Assembly: GCA_001783465.1 (NCBI GenBank)
Contig: MFMI01000008.1
Coordinates: 702 to 26,973, forward strand
Direction of reading: 5' to 3'
DNA from: Candidatus Kaiserbacteria bacterium RIFCSPLOWO2_02_FULL_54_13
Lineage (GTDB): Bacteria; Patescibacteriota; Minisyncoccia; Phycocordibacterales; Phycocordibacteraceae
Length of the DNA stretch: 26,272 nucleotides
Part shown: positions 1 to 9,045 of the stretch, piece after piece
Position numbering within the stretch: position 1 is the first letter of the stretch
Layout: each line of letters starts with the position of its first letter
Position numbers and translations under genes: made by a program
Notes under the pieces: generated by a model
Told to the model about the DNA's origin: nothing
Databases searched by the model: none
The model's input: the letters and a program-made list of their open reading frames with translations, nothing else

Positions 1-581
1 CCATTGAGCTCGGTACGCAATACCACAGTGCTTCAACCATCGCGCTCTTCGTCGCGCTCGGACTCTTCGGCTATCTCATCCTGGACCGAGTCATCTTCCT
101 CCACACGCACACGGAAGATGACGCATCTGTAACAATACCAATGCCAAGGGGCGCCCTTGGCAATCTGGGCGCGCTCACGCTCTCGGCGCACAGTTTCTTT
201 GACGGCATGGCAATCGGTGTGGGCTTCCAGGTTTCTTCTGTCGTCGGTATCGTCGTCGCCGTCGCCGTGCTGACCCACGACTTCTCCGACGGCATCAATA
301 CCGTCAATCTTGTGCTGAAGAATGGCGGGAGCTGGAGACAGGCATCCCGCTGGCTCCTCGTTGATGCGGCGGCGCCGCTTTTCGGCGCCGCCGCAACGCT
401 CTTCTTCACCATTCCCGCATCGGCCATCGGGCTCGTACTCGCCGTTTTCGTCGGCACCTTTCTCTACCTCTCGGCCGCTGACCTTATCCCCGAGAGCCAC
501 CACCGCCATCCTCGCGCGCTGACGACCGTTATGACGCTCCTCGGCGCGTTAGTGATGTACGCAGTTATTAGTCTGGTATAA
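1..581 (+). CDS. ZIP (ZupT/GufA) family divalent metal transporter, 5' truncated by window edge
   Basis: Frame is open from base 3 (IELGTQYHSAS...) into the tracked ORF 141..581; ZIP TM4/TM5 signatures 'HSFFDG' and 'HDFSDG', C-terminal 'LYLSAADLIPE'. Confidence 0.9.
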   Translation, partial: IELGTQYHSASTIALFVALGLFGYLILDRVIFLHTHTEDDASVTIPMPRGALGNLGALTLSAHSFFDGMAIGVGFQVSSVVGIVVAVAVLTHDFSDGINTVNLVLKNGGSWRQASRWLLVDAAAPLFGAAATLFFTIPASAIGLVLAVFVGTFLYLSAADLIPESHHRHPRALTTVMTLLGALVMYAVISLV

Positions 582-590
582 TTACCGCAT

Positions 591-926
591 ATGAAAATAT
601 TTTTCCATTGGCTTATCGCCGCGCTCGCCATCGGCATCGCCGCATACATCGTTCCGGGCGTCACGATAACCTTCGTCGGCGCGCTCATCGCCGCCATCGT
701 GCTCGGCGCGCTGAATCTCTTTATCCGCCCGATTCTCATGGTTCTCACTCTCCCGATAAATGTCATCACACTCGGACTCTTCTCGCTCGTCATCAATGCG
801 TTCCTCGTTTTGCTTGCAACCAAGCTCGTCCCCGGATTCGACATCGTCGACTTCTGGACCGCGCTCCTCTTCGCTCTCGTGCTCGCTATCGTGAACTGGG
901 TCTTCCACTTCTGGAATCGCAGTTAG
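591..926 (+). CDS. 4-TM phage holin family (YvlD/DUF360-like) membrane protein
   Basis: 111 aa, four hydrophobic segments, 'LNLFIRPIL..LTLPIN.ITLGLFS.VINA' family signature; TGgTATAAT at 574-582 lies 8 nt before the ATG. Confidence 0.85.
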   Translation: MKIFFHWLIAALAIGIAAYIVPGVTITFVGALIAAIVLGALNLFIRPILMVLTLPINVITLGLFSLVINAFLVLLATKLVPGFDIVDFWTALLFALVLAIVNWVFHFWNRS

Positions 927-939
927 ACCGCGCGCTTGT

Positions 940-967
940 CCCATTAGAAATCAGATTTCTAACGGGG
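940..967. repeat. Palindromic repeat copy 1 (CCCCGTTAGAAAT..ATTTCTAACGGGG family)
   Basis: On the - strand reads ccccgttagaaatctgatttctaatggg, 1 mismatch to the copy at 8812-8840; supplies the dedA stop codon. Confidence 0.9.
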
Positions 968-1573
968 CTTGCCGCGGAGGAGATTGATGAAGATGGGGAG
1001 GAAGGAGAGCACGATGATGACGAGCGAGATTGGGAGGATATACCGCTCACTGTCGGGGATGAGAGAGCCGAGGAAGTAGCCCAGCGTTGTCATCCCAATA
1101 CCCCAGAGCGCTCCGCCAATCACGTTATAGCGGAGGAAGGTGCCGTATGTCATAGAACCGATGCCGGCCAAGACCGGCGCGAGTGTGCGCACGATGGGCA
1201 CGAAGCGAGCGAGTATAACCGCTCTCCCGCCGTACTTCTGATAGAACAGCTCCGTGCGTTTCAGATATTCCTGTTTGAAAAAGAGAGAATCCTTGCGCTT
1301 GAAGAGCGGCGTGCCGACGTTCGCGCCGAACCAGTAACCGACCGAGTCGCCGACTATCGCCGCGATGACCACAATCAAGATGAGCGGACCTATAGAAAGG
1401 AACCCGCCTGCGGAGAGAAGTCCGGCGGCGAAGAGGAGCGAGTCGCCCGGGAAGAAGATGCCGATGAGGAGCCCGCTCTCGGCGAAGATGATGAGCGCGA
1501 TGCCGAGATAGCTCCCCGTCTTGATAATCGCAATCGGGTCAAGATTTATACACGCATAAATAAAATCAAGCAT
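959..1573 (-). CDS. dedA: DedA/VTT family membrane protein
   Basis: 'IIFAESGLLIGIFFPGDSLLF', 'GDSVGYW.G', 'ARFVPIVRT.AP..AG' DedA motifs. Start chosen at ATG 1573 (MLDF...) because the longer ORF start overlaps the divergent gene and a -10 box lies 8 nt upstream. Confidence 0.93.
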   Translation of the reverse strand: MLDFIYACINLDPIAIIKTGSYLGIALIIFAESGLLIGIFFPGDSLLFAAGLLSAGGFLSIGPLILIVVIAAIVGDSVGYWFGANVGTPLFKRKDSLFFKQEYLKRTELFYQKYGGRAVILARFVPIVRTLAPVLAGIGSMTYGTFLRYNVIGGALWGIGMTTLGYFLGSLIPDSERYILPISLVIIVLSFLPIFINLLRGKPR

Positions 1574-1581
1574 TCCAGTGC

Positions 1582-1589
1582 AGTATACT
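1582..1589. promoter_or_regulatory. Palindromic AGTATACT, putative shared -10 element for two divergent leaderless genes
   Basis: TATACT on + (1584-1589) is 7 nt before ATG 1597; TATACT on - (1587-1582) is 8 nt before ATG 1573. Confidence 0.6.
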
Positions 1590-1596
1590 GTATAAA

Positions 1597-4353
1597 ATGG
1601 AATCAACGCCGAAGTTGTCCACGCCCGAAGAGGAGCTTGCGTACTTGCGCGAGGCTGTGATGCGTAAGGAGGCGGAACTTGCTGGGAACGCGCCGGAGCG
1701 CGCGCAGATTATTTCAGAGACGATTTACGAGCATCACGCCGCTCCCGCCGCAATACTCGCGAAGGGGTATCGCATAAGCGAGGCGACGAAGAAGAGCGAA
1801 GCAGAGGCGATACTCGCCGAGCTGAATCTTGGCGGGGGCGAGACTGCGATACGGAGCCTGGAGCAGGCGATGGAGGAGAAGGGGATTAAGAACACGCTCG
1901 CGGTCTTGGAGAAGCTCCATGACCCGCACGTCGCCGACGACTTCCACCGCTACCTCGTGCGCCACGTTGCGGCGGGGCTCCCCGCGCCCGGCATTGATGA
2001 GAAGGCACCGCGTTTCCAGGCGCTTCATATGACGCTTTACGAGGTCGCGCTCCCGGAGCCCAAGCCCGAGGAGCCGCAGGGGCGTACCAAGACGCTCAAA
2101 GAGCTCATTTCCGGTATGGAGCAATTCTATGCGGGACTCCTGTCGGTTGAAGATGCTGAGAGCGGCGAGCCAAGCTACTTCGCGCTTGAGCTCGCGGTGC
2201 CTGAGGACAGTCCCGAGCTCCAATTCTACGCGGCGGTGCCGAACGCGAAGAAAAATCTTTTTGAAAAACAGCTCCTCGCGATATTTCCCGATGCGCATCT
2301 GGTACCCCAGCCCTACGACTACAACGTATTCGTCTCGGGCGGCGCGACGCTCGCCTCGGTCGCCCACCTCGCAGAAAATCCGGCGCTCCCGCTGAAAGAT
2401 TACACCGATTTTGATTACGACCCGCTGAACACCATCACCAATGCCTTCGCGAAGATAGAGCGCGCGGGCGAGGGTGCGGCGCTCCAGATTATCATTGAAC
2501 CGCGCGCCGAGCGGCACGTAAAGCATTATCGGAAGATTCTGCAGGCTCTGCGCAAGGGGGAGAAGCGCGCACCGGCCTTCTCAACGCCAGAGACCATGCT
2601 CGGCGAGTTCGCGCGCGACGTCGGCAAGACGCTTTTCTCCAATAAGACCAAGGACGAGAAGAAGGCGAAGGAGGCCGAGACGCGCCAGATAGAGGCGAAT
2701 AAGGCGCACATTGAACAGGTGGAGAAAAAAATCGCGGCGCCTATCGTCGGTGCGACGATACGACTCGTCGTGTCCTCTAAAGATGAACGTACGGCGGGGC
2801 TCGTGCTCGGAGAGCTTGAGTCCGCATTCAATCAGTTCGCGAATACGCAGGGGAATCGGCTTGAATTCGCACGGGCCAATGACCGACAGCTCGCGCATAT
2901 CTTTGACGACTTCTCCTTCCGCCTGCCCGCCTCCTCGGCGCTCCCACTCTCGCTTCGCGAACTCACCACTATGTACCACTTCCCGCCCTCGGGCATTGAA
3001 TCCTCGCCGCACTTGAAGCAGGCGCGCTTCACGCACGCGGCCGCGCCGCTCTCGCTCCCGCAGGAAGGCGCGCTCCTCGGCATAAATACCTATCGCGGGC
3101 AAGAAGCGCACATTTATATAAGTCCCGAAGACCGCCTGCGCCATCTCTATGTTATCGGCCAGACCGGTACCGGCAAGACGTGGCTGTTGAAGTCAATGAT
3201 TATGCAGGATATCAAGAACGGCGACGGGTGCTGTTTCATTGACCCGCACGGCTCCGATATCTTAGACGTTCTCGCGGCAGTGCCGCCCGAACGCTACAAG
3301 GACGTCATCTACTTTGACCCGGCCGACCTCTCGCGCCCCTTCAGTCTCAACTTTCTTGAGTACGACCTCTCGCGCCCCGAGCAGAAAACCTTCATCGTCA
3401 ACGAGCTCTTAATGATATTCCGTAGGCTCTACGGCGACGTGCCGGAGAGCATGGGTCCCGCCTTTGAACAATATTTCCGCAATGCGACCCAGCTCGTGAT
3501 GGAGGACCCGAGTAGCGGCTCCACCATCCTGGATATCGCGCGCGTCCTCGCCAACAGCGAGTTCCGTCGCGAGAAGCTAGCTTCGAGCATGAATCCCATC
3601 GTGAATCAGTTCTGGAATGAGATAGCGACGAAGGCGGGCGGGGAAGCATCGCTTGAAAATATCGTCCCATACATCACGAACAAGTTTGACGACTTCACCG
3701 CCAACGACTTCATTCGTCCGATTGTCGGCCAGCAGGAATCATCATTTAAGTTCCGCGAGGTGATGGACACGAAAAAGATTTTGCTCATCAATCTCTCCAA
3801 GGGCCGCCTCGGCGAGAAGAATGCGAACCTGCTCGGGCTCATCATCGTCGGGAAGCTCTTCATGGCGGCGCTCTCACGCGCCGATAATCCGCGCGCGCCG
3901 TATCCGCCGTTTTATCTCTACATTGACGAGTTCCAGAACGTCACAACCGATTCCATCCCCGGCATTCTCTCGGAAGCGCGTAAGTATAAGCTTGCGCTCA
4001 CGGTGGCGCATCAATTCCTCAACCAAATAGAAGAGAAGACGCGCGACGCGGTCTTCGGCAACGTGGGCAATATGGCCGTCTTCCGCGTAGGCGAAGAGGA
4101 CGCCGAATTCTTCGCCAAGCAATTCGCGCCAACCTTTGAGGTATTAGATTTCGTAAGTATAGAAAATTACAATGCATACGTGAAGATTCTCGCGAAGGGC
4201 GTGCCGCAGAAGCCCTTTGACATGAAAACGCCTGACCTATCGCCTCTGAATCATGCGCAGATAGACGACCTCATCCACCTCTCGTCGCTCACCTACGGGC
4301 GCGACCGTGCTACTGTAGAGAATATGATTCGCGAGCGCTACCTCTCGCAATAA
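1597..4353 (+). CDS. HerA/VirB4/TraG-D-like P-loop ATPase (DUF87-type) with long N-terminal region
   Basis: 918 aa; Walker A 'GQTGTGKT', 'IDPHG', Walker B 'LYIDEFQN', 'LSEARKY', 'AHQ..NQ', 'GNVGN...FRVG.EDA'. Confidence 0.85.
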   Translation: MESTPKLSTPEEELAYLREAVMRKEAELAGNAPERAQIISETIYEHHAAPAAILAKGYRISEATKKSEAEAILAELNLGGGETAIRSLEQAMEEKGIKNTLAVLEKLHDPHVADDFHRYLVRHVAAGLPAPGIDEKAPRFQALHMTLYEVALPEPKPEEPQGRTKTLKELISGMEQFYAGLLSVEDAESGEPSYFALELAVPEDSPELQFYAAVPNAKKNLFEKQLLAIFPDAHLVPQPYDYNVFVSGGATLASVAHLAENPALPLKDYTDFDYDPLNTITNAFAKIERAGEGAALQIIIEPRAERHVKHYRKILQALRKGEKRAPAFSTPETMLGEFARDVGKTLFSNKTKDEKKAKEAETRQIEANKAHIEQVEKKIAAPIVGATIRLVVSSKDERTAGLVLGELESAFNQFANTQGNRLEFARANDRQLAHIFDDFSFRLPASSALPLSLRELTTMYHFPPSGIESSPHLKQARFTHAAAPLSLPQEGALLGINTYRGQEAHIYISPEDRLRHLYVIGQTGTGKTWLLKSMIMQDIKNGDGCCFIDPHGSDILDVLAAVPPERYKDVIYFDPADLSRPFSLNFLEYDLSRPEQKTFIVNELLMIFRRLYGDVPESMGPAFEQYFRNATQLVMEDPSSGSTILDIARVLANSEFRREKLASSMNPIVNQFWNEIATKAGGEASLENIVPYITNKFDDFTANDFIRPIVGQQESSFKFREVMDTKKILLINLSKGRLGEKNANLLGLIIVGKLFMAALSRADNPRAPYPPFYLYIDEFQNVTTDSIPGILSEARKYKLALTVAHQFLNQIEEKTRDAVFGNVGNMAVFRVGEEDAEFFAKQFAPTFEVLDFVSIENYNAYVKILAKGVPQKPFDMKTPDLSPLNHAQIDDLIHLSSLTYGRDRATVENMIRERYLSQ

Positions 4354-4356
4354 GGT

Positions 4357-4482
4357 ATGGCCGAAAAATTCCCGCAACCCCAAAAAGAGGGAACCCCCGA
4401 TGAGGCAATAACGGAGAATGAATCTACGCCACAAGAATTGCGCAGGAAACTGCGGAAGCTCATTGAGAGCTTGCCGGAATGA
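4357..4482 (+). CDS. Small hypothetical protein (41 aa), not in the ORF track
   Basis: ATG 3 nt after the ATPase stop; MAEKFPQPQKEGTPDEAITENESTPQELRRKLRKLIESLPE*, fills the intergenic gap. No family recognised. Confidence 0.4.
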   Translation: MAEKFPQPQKEGTPDEAITENESTPQELRRKLRKLIESLPE

Positions 4483-4485
4483 CCG

Positions 4486-4494
4486 TGGTATAAT
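4486..4494 (+). promoter_or_regulatory. Extended -10 promoter (TGgTATAAT) for the FKBP-tgt unit
   Basis: Consensus TGnTATAAT 32 nt upstream of ATG 4527. Confidence 0.6.
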
Positions 4495-4526
4495 ACCTGC
4501 CGTACTTCAATTATAATTTATAGCCT

Positions 4527-5072
4527 ATGCAACCAACACAAACCGGTATCGCCACGGCGCTCGCGCTCGCTGTCGTTATTATGTTTTTCATTGTCCCGGG
4601 CCTCTGGCCGTTCGGAGCGACTGCGCCAGTAAATGAAACCGCTTCTATAAATCCCGCAAATCCGGCAGTTGCGGGAGCCTCTACCCAAATAACATCAAAC
4701 ACAACCACTATGCCCACTATTGCCGAACCTGTAACAGAATTGATGATGAAGGACGAGGTTGTCGGTACGGGCGCCACTGCGGAGGCGGGCGACACCGTGA
4801 CCGTGCATTACGTCGGCACTCTCACCGACGGCACCGTCTTTGACGCCTCGCGTCCTCGCGGAGATGAGGGCTTTACCTTCACGCTCGGGGCAGGACAAGT
4901 GATTAAGGGCTGGGATCAGGGTGTCGCCGGTATGAAAGAGGGAGGGAAGCGCGTACTCGTCATCCCCGCATCGCTTGCCTATGGCGACCAGGCGATTGGG
5001 AACGTTATCCCGGCCAATTCTACGCTCGTCTTTGAAGTAGAGCTTTTGAAGGCACAAAAGATCAGGCAGTGA
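4527..5072 (+). CDS. FKBP-type peptidyl-prolyl cis-trans isomerase with N-terminal membrane anchor
   Basis: 'GDTVTVHYVGTL.DG.VFDAS', 'F.LG.GQVIKGWDQG..GM..GGKR.LVIP..LAYG', 'IPANSTLVFEVEL'; hydrophobic N-terminus. Confidence 0.95.
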   Translation: MQPTQTGIATALALAVVIMFFIVPGLWPFGATAPVNETASINPANPAVAGASTQITSNTTTMPTIAEPVTELMMKDEVVGTGATAEAGDTVTVHYVGTLTDGTVFDASRPRGDEGFTFTLGAGQVIKGWDQGVAGMKEGGKRVLVIPASLAYGDQAIGNVIPANSTLVFEVELLKAQKIRQ

Positions 5073-6319
5073 GGTCTGACTTCAGTTTCAAGATAGAGAC
5101 CCGTTCAACTTCGCTTAAGGCAAGGGCGGGCACGTTGACCACGTCGCACGGCGTTATCCACACGCCCGCTTTTGCGCCGGTGGGGACGAAGGCGGGTGTG
5201 AAGGGTATTTTGCCAGAACAATTGAAGACGCTCGGCGCAGAAGTTGTCCTCGCAAATACCTACCATCTCTATCTCCAACCGGGCGAGAAGATAGTGAAGA
5301 ATGCCGGCGGACTGGGCAAGTTTATGGGATGGGAGGGGCCGACCATGACCGATTCGGGCGGCTTTCAGGTGTTCTCGCTCGGCGCGGCATTCGGCAAAAC
5401 CGTCTCAAAATTTACAAGGTTCAACCTTGTAGAAAATGAACCAGTAAGTACGGCGTCAATTTATGACGAAGAAATAGCGAGCCAGCACGGTCAGCTTGCC
5501 GTCATCGACGAGGAGGGTGTCTCATTCACTTCGCACCTGGACGGCTCGCTCCACCGCTTCACGCCCGAGCGCTCGGTGGAGCTCCAGCACGCCCTCGGCG
5601 CGGATATCTTCTTCGCCTTCGACGAATGCACTGCGCCAACCGAATCGTATGCATATCAGAAAGAGGCGATGGAACGCACGCATCGGTGGGCCGAGCGTTC
5701 GCTTAAGGCGCACCGGCAAAATATGAATGCCGCGGGCAAGCAGGCCATCTTCGGCATCGCCCAAGGAGGGCAGTTCGACGACTTGCGTAGGCAGAGCGCG
5801 AAAACGATAGCGGATATGGGCTTTGACGGTTTCGGGCTCGGCGGGTCATTTAGCAAAAAATACGGGGATGATTCTCTTGAATCAGCGCTTGCGATGCTGA
5901 AGAAATTGCCGGAGGAAATGCCCGTGCACGGCCTCGGCATCGGCGAGCCGAACGACCTGCTCGCGGCCATTTCTGCCGGAGTGGACCTCTTCGACTGCGT
6001 CGCGCCGACTCGGCTGGGCCGCCACGGTTCCATTTATACCAAGCACGGCCTCATCCACCTCAAGAACGAAAAATATCGCTCCGACTTCACCCCGTTACCA
6101 GATGTAAGACTTCCGATGTCTTACATGGGAACAGAAGGATTTACGAAAGCGTATGTGTCGCATCTCTTACGAAGTGGCGAGATGCTCGGTGCCATCATCG
6201 CCTCGCTCCACAATGTCAGCTTCATCCTTAATCTCGTGAAAGGTGCGCGCCAAGCCATCCTTGATGGACGCTTTGACCAATATCGTGCAGACTTCACACG
6301 CGATTATTACCGAAAATAG
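5069..6319 (+). CDS. tgt: tRNA-guanine transglycosylase
   Basis: 'TPAFAPVGT', 'LANTYHL', 'TDSGGFQVFSL', 'FDEC', 'QGG', 'DLFDCVAPTR'; GTG start overlaps the FKBP stop (GTGA). Confidence 0.95.
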   Translation: MRSDFSFKIETRSTSLKARAGTLTTSHGVIHTPAFAPVGTKAGVKGILPEQLKTLGAEVVLANTYHLYLQPGEKIVKNAGGLGKFMGWEGPTMTDSGGFQVFSLGAAFGKTVSKFTRFNLVENEPVSTASIYDEEIASQHGQLAVIDEEGVSFTSHLDGSLHRFTPERSVELQHALGADIFFAFDECTAPTESYAYQKEAMERTHRWAERSLKAHRQNMNAAGKQAIFGIAQGGQFDDLRRQSAKTIADMGFDGFGLGGSFSKKYGDDSLESALAMLKKLPEEMPVHGLGIGEPNDLLAAISAGVDLFDCVAPTRLGRHGSIYTKHGLIHLKNEKYRSDFTPLPDVRLPMSYMGTEGFTKAYVSHLLRSGEMLGAIIASLHNVSFILNLVKGARQAILDGRFDQYRADFTRDYYRK

Positions 6320-6348
6320 AAAACGGCCAGCTCTGGGCTGGCCGTTTT
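6320..6348. terminator. Bidirectional intrinsic terminator
   Basis: aaaacggccagc-tctgg-gctggccgtttt, perfect 12-bp stem between convergent genes. Confidence 0.85.
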
Positions 6349-6369
6349 AGTCGCGAACTGGAATCGATA

Positions 6370-6666
6370 CTACGTAGTCGGGAGCGAGAGTCCGCAGTTC
6401 TCGCCGATACTGAAATTCGTGACCTCATTGAGACCATGAAGATCAGTGCGTTCCCGATAAACGAAGACATGGGCAATTTTCCCCTTTCCGTTCCAGTGAC
6501 TCAAATCGATGAGCACCAGATCATTCAGCAACAGATTTTCGCGCCCCATTGCTACGTGGGGAAGAGTGAAGGACGTGCCGTCACGAAGTTCAATGTACAA
6601 ACCGTCGCGAGGAGATAGAGCTGTCGCTTCTACTCGCGAGTAAACATGCGGGATTTGCGGTTTCAT
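6370..6666 (-). CDS. Hypothetical protein (98 aa)
   Basis: ORF fills the gap between the tgt terminator and uvrB; ATG 6666 (MKPQIPHVY...) preferred over the longer track start; no family recognised. Confidence 0.55.
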   Translation of the reverse strand: MKPQIPHVYSRVEATALSPRDGLYIELRDGTSFTLPHVAMGRENLLLNDLVLIDLSHWNGKGKIAHVFVYRERTDLHGLNEVTNFSIGENCGLSLPTT

Positions 6667-6741
6667 ATGGCGTATCTCCCGAAAAAGTGAATCGGATGCA
6701 CGATTTGTGTACAATCTCCGAATTCACTATACACTTGCACT

Positions 6742-8820
6742 ATGTCCAGTCAATTCAAACTCCATCTACCATTCCAGCCGGCGGGGGACCAGCCGCAGGC
6801 TATAGAGAAGCTTGGAGAAGGGCTCAAGCGCGGTTTACGGCATCAGACCCTTTTCGGCGTGACCGGGAGCGGGAAGACCTTCACCGTGGCGAATGTTATT
6901 GCAAAGAATGATAAGCCGACTCTCGTGCTCGCGCACAATAAGACGCTCGCGGCGCAGCTCGCACAGGAGTATCGGGAATTCTTCCCCACAAACGCCGTCC
7001 ACTACTTCGTCTCCTACTACGACTACTATCAGCCGGAGGCGTATATCGCGCACTCGGACACCTACATTGAGAAAGAGGCGATGATAAACGCCGAGATAGA
7101 CCGCCTGCGTCACGCGGCGACGCAGGCACTGCTCACGCGCAAAGATGTCATCATCGTCGCATCTGTTTCTGCGATTTATGGTCTCGGTTCCCCAGAGGAA
7201 TATGAAAAGGTGCACGTTAAACTGGAAGCTGGACAGCTAGAAACTAGAGGCTCGTTAATACGCAAATTAGTGGGAATATATTTTGAGCGCACGAACGTCG
7301 ACCTCAATCCGGGGCAGTTGCGTGCTATCGGCAACTCGCTTGAATTTATGCCAGTGAACGAGCGCGTTATCTATCGCGTTATCTTCACTGGCGACGAAAT
7401 CGCGAATGTAGAAAAACTTGACCCAGTATCGCGTGCAAAGTTATCAGAACCAAAAAATGTTTTTGTATTTCCTGCCAAGCACTTCATCACGAGTGAAGAG
7501 AAGCGCAATCGCGCAATTGAAGATATTAAATTGGAATTGGAAGAACAGCTCGCCAAGTTTAAGCGTGAAGAGAAGCCGCTTGAAGCCGAGCGCCTGAAGC
7601 GCCGTACCCTTCATGACCTTGCGCTCATCCGTGAGCTCGGCTACACAAGCGGTATTGAGAATTATTCGCGCCACTTCGACGGGAGGAAGCCGGGTGAGCC
7701 GCCCTTCACCCTCCTCAGCTACTTCAAGCGCTGTGACAAAAAGTTTCTCACCGTCATAGACGAGTCGCATGTCACCGTCCCGCAGATTGGCGGCATGTAC
7801 GCGGGAGACAAATCGCGCAAGGATGTGCTTGTTGAATACGGCTTCCGCCTCCCCTCGGCGCGCGACAATCGCCCGCTTACGTTTGAAGAATTTGAAGAGC
7901 GCGTGGGTCAGGTGCTCTACACGAGCGCGACGCCGGGGCCGTATGAGAAGAAGCATTCAGAACAAACGGTTGAACAAGTCATTCGCCCGACCGGTCTCGT
8001 AGACCCCGAGCTCGTCGTGCGCCCTGTTTCCGAAGGCACGGCAAATAGTATGATATATCATACAATTCAGCCGTACAGTGCATACGTCGGTCAGATCCAG
8101 GATTTTATTGAAGAAGCAGAAAAGACTATTAAAAATGGCGGGCGCGCGCTCGCGACCACACTCACCAAACAGATGGCCGAAGACCTCTCTGCATTTTTGA
8201 GAGAAAAAGGAATAAAGGCCGAATATCTACATTCAGACGTGAAGACGATTGACCGCATTGATATCCTCACCAACTTCCGCAAAGGCGAATTTGATATTCT
8301 TGTCGGTGTGAACTTACTCCGCGAGGGGCTGGACCTGCCCGAGGTGGAGCTCATCGGCATCTTGGATGCAGATAAAGAGGGCTTCTTGCGCTCCGAGACA
8401 TCGCTTATACAGACCATCGGGCGCGCCGCGCGTAATATCCTCGGTCGCGTGATTCTCTACGCTGATGTGATGACCGACTCTTTGGAGCGCGCTATCGGCG
8501 AGACGAACCGCCGTCGGGCGCTACAGGTCGCGTACAACGAGAAGCACGGCATCACGCCGAAGACGATTAAAAAAGAAATTCACGATATCGCCGCGTCTAT
8601 ACGTACGGAGCATCAGCGTACGATTGATGAACTACTCGTGTTGGATACGCTTGCGTATAAAGACGACCCGAAGGAGTTTATTAAGAGAAAGAGGGAAGAG
8701 ATGAGTGAGGCTGTAGAGCAGTTAGACTTTGAAACCGCCGCGCTTATCAGGGACGAAATCTATAAGCTGGAGGGCATCGGTCCTCGCGCTCGCAAACCCC
8801 GCACGCGCAAACCCCGTTAG
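6742..8820 (+). CDS. uvrB: Excinuclease ABC subunit B
   Basis: 'P.GDQPQAI', Walker A 'GVTGSGKT', 'HNKTLAAQL', beta-hairpin 'VSYYDYYQPEAY', 'DESH', 'NLLREGLD.PEV', C-terminal UVR 'LDFETAA.IRD'. Confidence 0.98.
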   Translation: MSSQFKLHLPFQPAGDQPQAIEKLGEGLKRGLRHQTLFGVTGSGKTFTVANVIAKNDKPTLVLAHNKTLAAQLAQEYREFFPTNAVHYFVSYYDYYQPEAYIAHSDTYIEKEAMINAEIDRLRHAATQALLTRKDVIIVASVSAIYGLGSPEEYEKVHVKLEAGQLETRGSLIRKLVGIYFERTNVDLNPGQLRAIGNSLEFMPVNERVIYRVIFTGDEIANVEKLDPVSRAKLSEPKNVFVFPAKHFITSEEKRNRAIEDIKLELEEQLAKFKREEKPLEAERLKRRTLHDLALIRELGYTSGIENYSRHFDGRKPGEPPFTLLSYFKRCDKKFLTVIDESHVTVPQIGGMYAGDKSRKDVLVEYGFRLPSARDNRPLTFEEFEERVGQVLYTSATPGPYEKKHSEQTVEQVIRPTGLVDPELVVRPVSEGTANSMIYHTIQPYSAYVGQIQDFIEEAEKTIKNGGRALATTLTKQMAEDLSAFLREKGIKAEYLHSDVKTIDRIDILTNFRKGEFDILVGVNLLREGLDLPEVELIGILDADKEGFLRSETSLIQTIGRAARNILGRVILYADVMTDSLERAIGETNRRRALQVAYNEKHGITPKTIKKEIHDIAASIRTEHQRTIDELLVLDTLAYKDDPKEFIKRKREEMSEAVEQLDFETAALIRDEIYKLEGIGPRARKPRTRKPR

Positions 8821-8840
8821 AAATCTGATTTCTAACGGGG
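8812..8840. repeat. Palindromic repeat copy 2 (CCCCGTTAGAAAT..ATTTCTAACGGGG family)
   Basis: ccccgttagaaat-ctg-atttctaacgggg, perfect 13-bp arms; supplies the uvrB TAG stop. Confidence 0.92.
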
Positions 8841-8860
8841 CAAACCGTTTTCAGGCAGTT

Positions 8861-9038
8861 GAAAATAAAAGCCGCCGAGATCCATCTGTTGGATGAGCCC
8901 AACAATCTCGACGACTTTCTCGGGGTTCCTCACGGTAACCCATTCCTCCTCGCGGAGGTATCCATTTAACTAGCCCCTGCCGTTCTCAAGCCCGTAAGCT
9001 TGCGGGAGGGATTTCGGGTAGGAACCACCCTGCTCACC
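8861..9038 (-). ncRNA. Candidate structured non-coding RNA or leader (~180 nt), unidentified
   Basis: Upstream -35/-10 pair, two GNRA-capped hairpins, and a terminal 14-bp stem followed by a U-rich tract on the - strand. Confidence 0.4.
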
Positions 9039-9045
9039 AACGGAG

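Noticed and set aside
591-926. Holin-family gene as evidence of a prophage
   Set aside because: No endolysin, terminase, capsid or integrase genes in the window; this family is commonly chromosomal.
608-1660. 350-aa + strand ORF and the many other long overlapping ORFs (e.g. 13542-14600, 1714-2526, 22433-23290, 24359-24937)
   Set aside because: Shadows of well-supported genes on the other strand or frame in GC-rich coding DNA; no recognisable motifs.
1597-4353. VirB4/TraG-like ATPase as a conjugative element
   Set aside because: No relaxase, other T4SS genes, oriT or integrase nearby; flanked by housekeeping genes.
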